The notes beneath the pieces are model-generated. The model was not told the origin of the DNA. It saw only the letters and a program-made list of their open reading frames with translations, and ran no database searches. A program made the position numbers and the translations under genes. Shown here in pieces: positions 1 through 8,389 of a stretch of 64,000 nt of DNA (its first letter is position 1; each line of letters opens with the position of its first letter). The DNA comes from a virus, in the IMG/VR virus record IMGVR_UViG_3300036985_003303, positions 53,347 through 117,346 of that record; one strand, 5' to 3'.

Positions 1-270
1 GTACTAGGAAATAAAATTAAAGTTTACACAAACAATGATTTTGAATTAGAGAGCACAGTTTTGACTTATTACAGACAACCAAGAAGAATACAAATTCCAG
101 GAACATCGGATCCATATACAGGACTTGTTTCAACTGTAAATGTTGAATGTGAATTTAAAGATGACTTAGTGGAATTATTCATTGATGAATGTGTAAAAAT
201 TCTAGCAGGAGATCTTGAAGATGTTACTGCAAATCAAATTGCAGATAATTCAGTAGAAACTAATAATTAA
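1..270 (+). CDS. 5'-truncated virion protein, probable crAss-like ring/adaptor protein (C-terminal end)
   Basis: Frame 1 is open from base 1 (VLGNKIKVYTNNDFELESTVLTYYRQPRRIQIPG...ELFIDECVKILAGDLE) to TAA 268-270. The Y-Y-R-x-P-x-x-I signature and the position upstream of the structural cluster match my recollection of crAss-like ring proteins that follow the capsid gene. Confidence 0.6.
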   Translation, partial: VLGNKIKVYTNNDFELESTVLTYYRQPRRIQIPGTSDPYTGLVSTVNVECEFKDDLVELFIDECVKILAGDLEDVTANQIADNSVETNN

Positions 271-277
271 GAATAAG

Positions 278-739
278 ATGAACTCACCACAAAGAGGTCT
301 ATTAAAAAGACCAACACAACAAGCAACAAGTTCTACTTACACAAAACCATCTGGTAATCATTGTGTAGAGGAAACAACAGTTTGCGTTTGTGAATTAATG
401 AATGCATCTATTTCATTTCATAAACTACATTTAAAAGTAGCAGGTCCTGGTGCACACGCTATGCATGTTGCATTAGGCCCTTTATATGAAGGATTACCTG
501 ATCTTATAGATACTATTACAGAAGCATACCAAGGAGCAGCTGAAAGAATTTTAGTTCTTCCAGACTGTTGTCCAAGAAGTCTTAATTCTGTAGAAGAAGG
601 TATTGTTTACATCAGAGAAATTTATGATATGATTTGTGCTTTACAAGACATTATGTGTTTCTCAGAAATCAGCAATGAACTTGACAATGTAAAAAGATTA
701 CTAGGTTCAACAAAGTACAAACTTTTATTTTTAAAATAA
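278..739 (+). CDS. Dps/ferritin-like four-helix protein (DUF5856-like)
   Basis: HKLHLKVAGPGAHAMHVALGPLYEGLPDLIDTITEAYQG aligns by eye with the Dps pattern HxxHWNVxGxxFxxLHxxFxxxYxxxxxxxDxxAER, keeping the candidate His, His, Asp and Glu ferroxidase ligands. C-terminal helix ISNELDNVKRLLGSTKYKL. Confidence 0.75.
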   Translation: MNSPQRGLLKRPTQQATSSTYTKPSGNHCVEETTVCVCELMNASISFHKLHLKVAGPGAHAMHVALGPLYEGLPDLIDTITEAYQGAAERILVLPDCCPRSLNSVEEGIVYIREIYDMICALQDIMCFSEISNELDNVKRLLGSTKYKLLFLK

Positions 740-751
740 TTTGCACTAAGT

Positions 752-782
752 GTTGCACAATTGGATTATTTTTGCTATATTA
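752..782 (+). promoter_or_regulatory. Putative phage late promoter (TTG-N20-TATATTA)
   Basis: GTTG 752-755, 20-nt spacer, TATATTA 776-782 preceded by TTTTTGC; the same core recurs before four other operon starts. Confidence 0.55.
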
Positions 783-813
783 AATATATTGTTTATTAAC
801 TAAAAAAAGAAAA

Positions 814-2400
814 ATGAGTTATTTTAATCATGCTTACCGCAAATCATTTGTCGGAACAAAAGCAACCCAAGCAAATGTACCTGGTGTATCCAATGCGGTG
901 AATAACGGATTATTGCTTGACGCAGGTGTACCAACATCAGCTTTAGCAAATGCTGTTGCACCAAATTCATTAGGAGTTGGTACTTATGGATTTTTTAATC
1001 CAAACACTTATGTATCTGTAAACAACGCATCTCCGGAAGTAGTTGCAGGAAAACCATTGGTTTTTGCTGCTGCATCTTTGTTTACAAATGATAAGATTGG
1101 ACCTTTCCACGGAGGGTACAAAGAGTCTAACAAATCAAAGATGATCAATCCAAGATTTGTTCACAAATTTTCTAAAATGACAGGTGCTGCTCCAGAGCAA
1201 TCTATTTGGCATTTAGGAAATACAAACTGGAACTCTGATTCAATTGATACTTTAGGTTTCCTTGTAGCAGGTGTTGGTTATACCGTTGGTATTTATACTA
1301 ATGTTGCATTAGTAGGTGGTACAGGTGTTGGTGCTTTTGCTACAGTTCAAGTCAATGGTGCTGGTAATGTTGTTTCTATTGTAATTACAGAACCGGGACA
1401 AGGATACACAGTTGGTGATGTTTTAACATTGCCTGCTTCAGTTCCATTTGTTCCAGGTGCTCCTGCTTCAGTTCCAGTTGCAACAATCAAATACAACGCA
1501 GTAGGAAGTGCTCCTTGTAAATTTAATTTTGTATGTGGAGAAACATACAATCTTCGTGTTGACTTATGGGGTTCACCCGTATTGCGTTACTTGAACCATG
1601 ACTTGTACAAAACTTTCGCAGCTTATACAGGTTGTTGTCCAACAGGTGCAATTGTACCAGGAAATGTAGATTCTACATTGGTAATGATCAACTGGGCTAA
1701 CCAAATCGTAACTGATGTATGGTTGCAGTACTTTGTTCGCCCAATCGTTTATACTCAAACAGGTGTTCCATTGTTTGCTACAGCTGCTGAAGCAATTGCT
1801 GCAGGTTTCCCTGGAACTAATGTATGGTCAACTTATGTATCTCCAGGATACATTGCTGGTGCATTGGCTGGTATTCGTTTGATTGGAGCTTACATTGAAA
1901 CTAAATTTGGTAACTGTTCATTCCAAAACAGTGATTTCTATGAAAAAGAAATCATTCAGATGAACTTATCATTGACAGATTTGACTGGTGATCCATGTGA
2001 CTTCTCTGCACTTTGTGCTACTAAAGAATATGCAGGATTTACTGGACAAGGTTATGGTGAAACTGTATTGCGTGATGTGATTCTTGATGAGTCATACTTA
2101 CAAAATCATTTCTCTGATGATGTTCGTATCCGTGAGATCACTCAAGGAGATCAGTATTTCACTGCGGTTAACCGTAATGCGTTGTACACGCGTTATGTAA
2201 TCCAACACAGTGTTCCTCGTTACAACAACCCTAGTGGTGTTTATGATGATGATCAGTATGCATTGAATATCTATGTTACTGTTACTACAGCAACAGCATT
2301 TGAAACATTCATGGCAACATGGTTGGGTGCGGCTGCAGTTGGTGCAGTTACAACATTGAATACTTTTGGTCATACTGCTTACACACCAGCAGTTCTTTAA
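814..2400 (+). CDS. Abundant virion structural protein (probable auxiliary/decoration capsid protein) with an inserted Gly-rich beta-module
   Basis: 528 aa with its own promoter-like motif and a strong terminator, and codon usage typical of high expression (cgt, aac, tac, ttc). Insert GYTVGIYTNVALVGGTGVGAFATVQV...GQGYTVGDVLTL at about 1275-1430. Syntenic with the auxiliary capsid position in crAss-like phages. Confidence 0.6.
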   Translation: MSYFNHAYRKSFVGTKATQANVPGVSNAVNNGLLLDAGVPTSALANAVAPNSLGVGTYGFFNPNTYVSVNNASPEVVAGKPLVFAAASLFTNDKIGPFHGGYKESNKSKMINPRFVHKFSKMTGAAPEQSIWHLGNTNWNSDSIDTLGFLVAGVGYTVGIYTNVALVGGTGVGAFATVQVNGAGNVVSIVITEPGQGYTVGDVLTLPASVPFVPGAPASVPVATIKYNAVGSAPCKFNFVCGETYNLRVDLWGSPVLRYLNHDLYKTFAAYTGCCPTGAIVPGNVDSTLVMINWANQIVTDVWLQYFVRPIVYTQTGVPLFATAAEAIAAGFPGTNVWSTYVSPGYIAGALAGIRLIGAYIETKFGNCSFQNSDFYEKEIIQMNLSLTDLTGDPCDFSALCATKEYAGFTGQGYGETVLRDVILDESYLQNHFSDDVRIREITQGDQYFTAVNRNALYTRYVIQHSVPRYNNPSGVYDDDQYALNIYVTVTTATAFETFMATWLGAAAVGAVTTLNTFGHTAYTPAVL

Positions 2401-2420
2401 GACCGGAGTTATATCTTCCT

Positions 2421-2461
2421 AAAATGGAGAATAGAGTCTTTCTCTGTTCTCCATTTTTTTT
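2421..2461 (+). terminator. Rho-independent terminator (possibly bidirectional)
   Basis: Stem AAAATGGAGAATAGAG (2421-2436), loop TCTTT, stem CTCTGTTCTCCATTTT (2442-2457, one G-U pair), continuing into a T run. Confidence 0.85.
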
Positions 2462-2473
2462 AAATGAAATCTT

Positions 2474-3034
2474 ATGGCAACAAATTCATTAAGTTTAAAT
2501 ATTCCAAACATTATGACAGACTGTGTTCTTCGCATAGAAGACACAAGCGTGTATGATTTACTCATGCCTTATGTTTGCCCTACTGTCCAAGTATTAGTAC
2601 CTGGATATAGAGATTGCATTACTTTCAATGACACAACTTTTCCACCAATTTATAAAGGATTTATTCTTAATCTCACGGCTTGTGATTTAAAAATACAAAC
2701 TGAATGTTGTGGAACTGAGTTCCATTCATTACCCGATGGGATTTATGTCATCAAGTATGCACTATCTCCGCATGATAAAATGTATGTTGAGTACAATCAT
2801 TTGCGTGTTACAGCTTTAAGAAAACAACTGAAAGAGGAATGGTGCAAACTTAAATTGAGTGCATGTGAACCAATTCCAGAAACTAAGAATAAATTTATAT
2901 CTTTGATGGAGATTACTGGTTACATAGATGCAGCTCAAGCAAAAGCTGAATACTGTTTAGACCATGATCAGGCAATGGTTTTGTATAACTATGCCAAAAA
3001 ACTGTTAGATAATTATTCATGTAAACTTTGCTAA
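2474..3034 (+). CDS. Virion structural protein, 186 aa (probable tail hub/collar component)
   Basis: Beta-sandwich-like N-half with LPDGIYVIKYALSP, helical C-half with several Cys; lies in the structural operon. Confidence 0.55.
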   Translation: MATNSLSLNIPNIMTDCVLRIEDTSVYDLLMPYVCPTVQVLVPGYRDCITFNDTTFPPIYKGFILNLTACDLKIQTECCGTEFHSLPDGIYVIKYALSPHDKMYVEYNHLRVTALRKQLKEEWCKLKLSACEPIPETKNKFISLMEITGYIDAAQAKAEYCLDHDQAMVLYNYAKKLLDNYSCKLC

Positions 3035-3035
3035 A

Positions 3036-3176
3036 ATGGCTCAGAATTGTCAAAATTGTGGAGTATGTACTTGTACAGGAACATACATTGTAAATGCAAC
3101 AAATGGTAAATCATGTTGCACTGCTTGCGTTAATACAGTCAATCAGCAAATTGCTGAAGGCCAAATAAAGAAATAA
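3036..3176 (+). CDS. Small Cys-rich protein, 46 aa (not in the ORF track)
   Basis: ATG 3036 to TAA 3174-3176 reads MAQNCQNCGVCTCTGTYIVNATNGKSCCTACVNTVNQQIAEGQIKK (7 Cys) and exactly fills the gap between neighbours with 1-nt spacing on each side. Confidence 0.8.
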   Translation: MAQNCQNCGVCTCTGTYIVNATNGKSCCTACVNTVNQQIAEGQIKK

Positions 3177-3177
3177 A

Positions 3178-4629
3178 ATGGCTCAGGATCAAGTACAAAA
3201 TAAGTATTATACATTAATAGATTGTTGTAGCAATCAAGCGTATGTATATCCTACAGGACATCCTTATGCAGGAACACCTGTGTACATTAAATACACTGGA
3301 GTTTTCTTTGACATTGAGCCAATAGATCTTGTAATTAATCCTGAAATAATAACAAGTTTTGAAGATTCATCAGGCAATGTAACAAATGGATGTTTTATTT
3401 TAAAATCAGCAAATCCACCAGCTGGACCAGATCCAACTAATACACAGAATTGGTTTGATGCTATTTATACAGGATTAGTTACTACACCAATGTGTTGTGA
3501 TTGCAATACAGCATGTAACTCATTATTTTTTCAATGGGTAGGTGTTGGTAATATTACATTAGGTCAACCTATTTATTCTTTTGTAGGACCAACTGGAACT
3601 TATGATGGACACAATTATTATGAGATTTTAAATACTTGGACAGAGCCTGTTGTATTTGTTTGGTTTTCAGTAGATGATCAAGTGTGGTATTTATCAACTG
3701 TTTTAGGAGATGCATTAACTATTATTGATACACTTAATTCAACTGATTTAATTCCAGCAGAAGAAGGTGTAATAACATCATGGCAAAGTGGAAGATTTGA
3801 ATCTTACATTTGTAAAGCTATAGAACCAGTTATTCCAGTAGTAAATCCTGGTTTAACTTATCCAGAAGAAAGATACCAATTAACTTGCTGTTCTACAGGA
3901 GAAGCATTAGTTGTAAATGGATTACCGGGAGTATTTGTGTTCCAAGGTATAACAAGTAATGATAATCATCCAGATGACTTCTTAGAAGTTGTTTTAACAA
4001 CTATCAAAGACATCAATGCAAATGTTATTACTGGATGTTACCGCGTAACAGAGGCAGAATGTTTTGAAGAATGGGAAGAAGTTTTATGGCAAGACTTTTT
4101 TGTTGAAACTGAATGTGTAAGTACATGCCAGGAATGTTTACCAAAACCGGTAATAATTCCTCCAGTTACAAATCACAAGATGATTTATCCTGATTTTATA
4201 GTAAATAATGTAGAACCTTTTGATGCAGAACAAATATTCTGTGCATTTGGAGATGCAAACTATGAAAAGGTTTTAGCATTAAGATATGGAATACAATTCT
4301 GTTGTCCTACAGATCTAATGCAATCAACAATAGAACATGAAATCTTAAAGATGGATATTGCAGAGGATCCAAACGCGTGTTGTCCAATTGCTCCACTTCC
4401 AGGTACATGTAAAAAGTATTCAATCATTATTCCAATTGATGTTGAAGGATGGTTGTATTTTAAAGATTGCAACCGAGTTGTAAGAACTGTTATGTTCTAT
4501 TCAGCTAGTACACCTTATGAAGTCTTTGTATGTGGTACAACTGGACAAACATCAGCAGACATTTACATTCTTGCAAACAACCAAGACTTACTGCAAGTAC
4601 AGTTTTCTGAAGGAGTGGATTGCAATTAA
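3178..4629 (+). CDS. Cys-rich modular virion protein, 483 aa (probable tail hub/fibre anchor)
   Basis: 24 Cys counted; repeated module starts YYTLIDCC and RYQLTCC with GCF/GCY partners; C-terminal RYGIQFCC segment. Confidence 0.55.
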   Translation: MAQDQVQNKYYTLIDCCSNQAYVYPTGHPYAGTPVYIKYTGVFFDIEPIDLVINPEIITSFEDSSGNVTNGCFILKSANPPAGPDPTNTQNWFDAIYTGLVTTPMCCDCNTACNSLFFQWVGVGNITLGQPIYSFVGPTGTYDGHNYYEILNTWTEPVVFVWFSVDDQVWYLSTVLGDALTIIDTLNSTDLIPAEEGVITSWQSGRFESYICKAIEPVIPVVNPGLTYPEERYQLTCCSTGEALVVNGLPGVFVFQGITSNDNHPDDFLEVVLTTIKDINANVITGCYRVTEAECFEEWEEVLWQDFFVETECVSTCQECLPKPVIIPPVTNHKMIYPDFIVNNVEPFDAEQIFCAFGDANYEKVLALRYGIQFCCPTDLMQSTIEHEILKMDIAEDPNACCPIAPLPGTCKKYSIIIPIDVEGWLYFKDCNRVVRTVMFYSASTPYEVFVCGTTGQTSADIYILANNQDLLQVQFSEGVDCN

Positions 4630-4630
4630 A

Positions 4631-4661
4631 TTAGGAAATTAAATTAAAAATTTGTATATTA
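4631..4661 (+). promoter_or_regulatory. Putative phage late promoter
   Basis: TTAG 4631-4634, 20-nt spacer containing AAAAATTTG, TATATTA 4655-4661, ATG at 4668. Confidence 0.55.
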
Positions 4662-4667
4662 TTAGCT

Positions 4668-5180
4668 ATGGGAAAGCCAACAAATACTAGAAGTTCTGGA
4701 TGTGCTGTAACAACAAGTAATTGTGTTGTATGGCAAGGACCAGATTTATGTTGCATTAATTTGTGTCATGGTGATACAATTAGCGATGTCATAAATGAAT
4801 TAGCTAAAAAGATTTGCAAAATCTTTGAAATGTTAGATGTTCAGTCTTATGATTTATCAGAGTTAATAAGTACAGAATGTCCACCAGCAAACTTTGTTGA
4901 GCTTATTCAATTGCTTATTGATACTATTGCAAAAGTAAATACAGGAACATCTGTAACAACAGGTGGAACTAATGGTTGCCCTGAATGTGAAATGGCTGTT
5001 GCTACATGTTTTCAACAACAGTATGGTGCAGTTATGTCAATGACTGAATACATAACAGCTATTGGTGCAAAATTGTGTGATCAACAAGTATTAATTCAAA
5101 CACAGAATAATGCTTTAGCTCAAATGCAACAACAAATTGCTGCATTACAAGCACAGGTTAATCTTTTAATAGGCGGATAA
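4668..5180 (+). CDS. Cys-rich fibre-like protein with C-terminal coiled coil, 170 aa
   Basis: 11 Cys; module SNCVVWQGPDLCCINLCHGDTISDVINELAKKIC; C-terminal heptads QQVLIQTQNNALAQMQQQIAALQAQVNLL. Confidence 0.6.
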   Translation: MGKPTNTRSSGCAVTTSNCVVWQGPDLCCINLCHGDTISDVINELAKKICKIFEMLDVQSYDLSELISTECPPANFVELIQLLIDTIAKVNTGTSVTTGGTNGCPECEMAVATCFQQQYGAVMSMTEYITAIGAKLCDQQVLIQTQNNALAQMQQQIAALQAQVNLLIGG

Positions 5181-5181
5181 A

Positions 5182-6174
5182 ATGAAAAAGAAATGCACTC
5201 CGCAGAATAATGCGATAATAATTAAGACTCCTGTATGTTGTCCAGAACCAATTGTTCCTATAGTTAATGGTTGTGTAGATCCGTTTACATATACCTGGAA
5301 TATGGCAGTTAATCAAGCACTACTTGATGAAACATTATCTGTACAAGATTGGTTTGGTTCATTGATAAGTAGCGGACTAATATTGTCAGATGCTTCAAAT
5401 ATTTGTTGTTCAAACTGTAAGGATGCTCCATTTTATTTTTTAGGTGGGGTGGAAATATTTAATACACTAGGTAAAGCAGTACCAGAGTCAATATGCTGTA
5501 TAAATGTTGCAGCATCTGGTTCGATATACCCAAGTTATTTACAAAATTGGGAAGTACCACCAGCTTGTTGTAGTAATGATTTTGAAAGTTGTTTAAATCA
5601 GTTTTCAAATGTTGTAGACATGCTTACATTACTTAATACAGGAGTTGTAGAGGTTAATGGTTATGATAATACACTTCTTTGTAAAATTTACAATTTGCTT
5701 ATTAATACACCAGAAGATTTGTTTCAAGGAGAAACACTTTCAGATGTCTTTATAACTATTATAGAAAAAGGATTTATTTCTTATTGTTGTGACTGCAATG
5801 TGTTTATTGGAACTCCCGGAGCATTTACAAAATGGTTAGAACAGGGCGGATGTGGTTCAACACCTATTCCTCCACCTCAAAAACCATATAGAGTTTACAG
5901 TCAAGTACTAGAAACAGGTGCACCTTATAATTCAATTATATATAAATGTATGGGAATCCAGTTTGCAGTTTGTTATGGAACAAATCAAACAGATATTGAT
6001 GCTTTAGTAGCAATGTTTAATTCAAATCCACAAGTTCAACCAAACGCTTGTTTTTTAACCTACGGGATTTATTATAACAATGGAGATGGAAGAGTTATGT
6101 GTATGATGCCTGCTTCTACATATCTTGCAAATTGTTCTGGAGGAATGATGACACTTGAAGTTATATATGATTAA
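5182..6174 (+). CDS. Cys-rich virion protein, 330 aa (paralog of 6186-7007)
   Basis: 22 Cys; core GLILSDASNICCSNCKDAPFYFLGG...ICCI...CCSNDFESCLNQF...GVVE is shared with the next gene. Confidence 0.6.
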   Translation: MKKKCTPQNNAIIIKTPVCCPEPIVPIVNGCVDPFTYTWNMAVNQALLDETLSVQDWFGSLISSGLILSDASNICCSNCKDAPFYFLGGVEIFNTLGKAVPESICCINVAASGSIYPSYLQNWEVPPACCSNDFESCLNQFSNVVDMLTLLNTGVVEVNGYDNTLLCKIYNLLINTPEDLFQGETLSDVFITIIEKGFISYCCDCNVFIGTPGAFTKWLEQGGCGSTPIPPPQKPYRVYSQVLETGAPYNSIIYKCMGIQFAVCYGTNQTDIDALVAMFNSNPQVQPNACFLTYGIYYNNGDGRVMCMMPASTYLANCSGGMMTLEVIYD

Positions 6175-6185
6175 TAAGATAAGCA

Positions 6186-7007
6186 ATGGGCTGTAAAAAA
6201 TGTAATACAAACAAATGTACATGTGAAGTAACTACATGTATCAATCCTTTGATCTATATGATGAAAGGAGTATTTTCTTTGGTAGGAACTGAGTCAGATA
6301 ATCTTCAAGTATTAGAAATTTTAGCAAGCATTTCAAAAAGAGGTGGACCTATTAAATTTCCAATAAAAACAACAACAACTGCTAGTACAGGTACTGCTGC
6401 GGATACAGCAACTAATGCTAAACTTGGATTTACTTTAGATATAACTACAGCGTTGATTGAAACATTGACTGATGGTATATCTATTTCTAATAACAAAAAT
6501 CTTTGTTGTCCTGATTGTAAAAATGGAGTTTACTTTTTAGGAGGTGCACAAAATTTTATAGATTTACATACAGCACTTAGTCTTTCAACAACAAGAATTT
6601 GTTGTTTAGAGCATGCAGCTACTATTGAAACATGGTTAAAAGTTTTAGAAAAAACAAATGATCAATATAAGTGTTGTGATACTGATTTTAATGAAGCAGT
6701 TCAGCAATGGTTCAATGCATCAAGTTCAACAAGTGTTAATTTTTACTTAGATGACATTTTAGCAATTGGTGTTTTAGAATCTTCTTCTTTTAATGGATAT
6801 AGCGGATTAGGAATTTTGTTTAACTATTTACAGTTAAACCATCCTGAATTAACTGCTGAAGATTACTTGAATATTTTAGGAGTCATTGTAAATTTGGGAA
6901 TTGTTATTCAGTGTAATGGTTGCGAAATGATAATGGCTTCAGTAGAAACATATTTAAAATGGGCTGAAGCTACTGGTGGCGGAGGCGGTGGTGCTATGCC
7001 CGCATAA
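6186..7007 (+). CDS. Cys-rich virion protein, 273 aa (paralog of 5182-6174)
   Basis: 14 Cys; core GISISNNKNLCCPDCKNGVYFLGG...ICCL...CCDTDFNEAVQQWF...GVLE; N-terminal GCKKCNTNKCTC. Confidence 0.6.
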   Translation: MGCKKCNTNKCTCEVTTCINPLIYMMKGVFSLVGTESDNLQVLEILASISKRGGPIKFPIKTTTTASTGTAADTATNAKLGFTLDITTALIETLTDGISISNNKNLCCPDCKNGVYFLGGAQNFIDLHTALSLSTTRICCLEHAATIETWLKVLEKTNDQYKCCDTDFNEAVQQWFNASSSTSVNFYLDDILAIGVLESSSFNGYSGLGILFNYLQLNHPELTAEDYLNILGVIVNLGIVIQCNGCEMIMASVETYLKWAEATGGGGGGAMPA

Positions 7008-7032
7008 TTATAAAATTTAAAAACTATTTGAA

Positions 7033-7884
7033 ATGGGATGTTCATCTTGTCAACAAAATAATCATGTAGTACCAACTACACATGTACATAACTCAACTAC
7101 TCAAACGCATTGTGAATGTGCTTGTGGTTGTGATGAACCGGTGTGTCCAACACCACAACCTTGTACTGAGATTACAGACAGCAAGTGTATAATTTATACA
7201 GATGCTGCAATTAAGTGCGGTAATGATACAGTAGTTGCACAAGACACATTTGTTTCTACAGCTTTAAATCAAATTGTTACTTACTTTTGTAATCAAACTG
7301 GTTTAGTGACTACAGCGGATATTAATTGCGGGGATGTTACAATTGTTCCAGCGGGAACGAGTATTCAGGATGCACTTGATTTGGTTGTACAATTTATTTG
7401 TGAGATTCAGTTAACTCCTGGACCAGAAGGCCCCCAAGGAATTGAAGGTCCTGCAGGTCCACAAGGACCTCAAGGTGAAATTGGTCCACAAGGTCCTCAA
7501 GGAGATGTAGGTCCAGAAGGCCCTCAAGGTCCGCAAGGAGATCCAGGAACTAATGGAACTAATGCATATAAGTTTGTTTATGAGGAACTTTCAAATTTTG
7601 GTGGTGATTCTATTGATATTACTAGACCGCAATTAGAAATTTGTGGTTTGGTTCCAACTTCATGTTTTGGAAATGACAGTTTAGTTGATGAAGTTTGCGA
7701 TTTACATGTCAATGTTTATTATTTAGATTCAGGAACTTGGTATAAAATACCAAACTTACCATTTTTAAGTACTGACCAAGGTTATGGTTTAAAAATAGAC
7801 AATTTATCAGGAACAATAAGCGTTGAATTAAATGTAGCAGCTGTTGATACACCAGTAAGAGTAAGAGTTGTTATATTAGCATAA
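7033..7884 (+). CDS. Collagen-like fibre protein, 283 aa
   Basis: Cys/His-rich N-terminus, two copies of the Cys fibre module, 16 G-X-Y triplets, and a C-terminal beta-rich head ending VRVRVVILA. Confidence 0.75.
   Translation: MGCSSCQQNNHVVPTTHVHNSTTQTHCECACGCDEPVCPTPQPCTEITDSKCIIYTDAAIKCGNDTVVAQDTFVSTALNQIVTYFCNQTGLVTTADINCGDVTIVPAGTSIQDALDLVVQFICEIQLTPGPEGPQGIEGPAGPQGPQGEIGPQGPQGDVGPEGPQGPQGDPGTNGTNAYKFVYEELSNFGGDSIDITRPQLEICGLVPTSCFGNDSLVDEVCDLHVNVYYLDSGTWYKIPNLPFLSTDQGYGLKIDNLSGTISVELNVAAVDTPVRVRVVILA
7420..7563 (+). repeat. Collagen G-X-Y repeat, 16 triplets
   Basis: [48 protein letters not shown]. Confidence 0.95.
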
Positions 7885-7894
7885 AATTTTAGAC

Positions 7895-8386
7895 ATGTGT
7901 GAAAACTGTGGAAATAATAGTTGTTCTGGAAATTGCAATGTAATTCCTAAAGGTCTTCGTGGCCCAAGAGGACATCAAGGCGATAAAGGAGATAAAGGTG
8001 ATCAAGGACCAATTGGTTTAACTGGCGCGCAAGGTCCATCCGGTGCGCAAGGTTTGACTGGTTTAACTGGTCCTATTGGTTTAACAGGTCCACAAGGTCC
8101 TATTGGTCCTTCAGGATTAGTTGGTTCAGCAGGTTTACCTGGAGCAAATGGTATTAATGGAACAAATGGTAATGACGGTGCACCTGGAGCAACTGGAGGA
8201 CAAGGTTTAATTGGAGATACAGGATTTTCTGGTCGTGGAGTTGCTGTGTTTGTTCAAACAAGTCAACCAGTAGCTGCTGACTTTACTACACAATATGGAG
8301 GCATTGATGGATTTGGTGTAAACTTTATTCCTGGAAATGATGCAATAAGACCTGGTGATATTTGGATTCAATCATGCACACCATAA
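7895..8386 (+). CDS. Collagen-like fibre protein, 163 aa
   Basis: MCENCGNNSCSGNC N-terminal tag, 32 G-X-Y triplets, short C-terminal domain ending RPGDIWIQSC. Confidence 0.8.
   Translation: MCENCGNNSCSGNCNVIPKGLRGPRGHQGDKGDKGDQGPIGLTGAQGPSGAQGLTGLTGPIGLTGPQGPIGPSGLVGSAGLPGANGINGTNGNDGAPGATGGQGLIGDTGFSGRGVAVFVQTSQPVAADFTTQYGGIDGFGVNFIPGNDAIRPGDIWIQSCTP
7952..8239 (+). repeat. Collagen G-X-Y repeat, 32 triplets
   Basis: Uninterrupted from GLR GPR GHQ to GFS GRG. Confidence 0.95.
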
Positions 8387-8389
8387 TTT

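Noticed and set aside
814-2400. Calling the 528-aa protein the major capsid protein
   Set aside because: I see no HK97-type motif I can support, and crAss-like synteny places the major capsid gene upstream of the ring gene truncated at the window start; left as auxiliary/structural.
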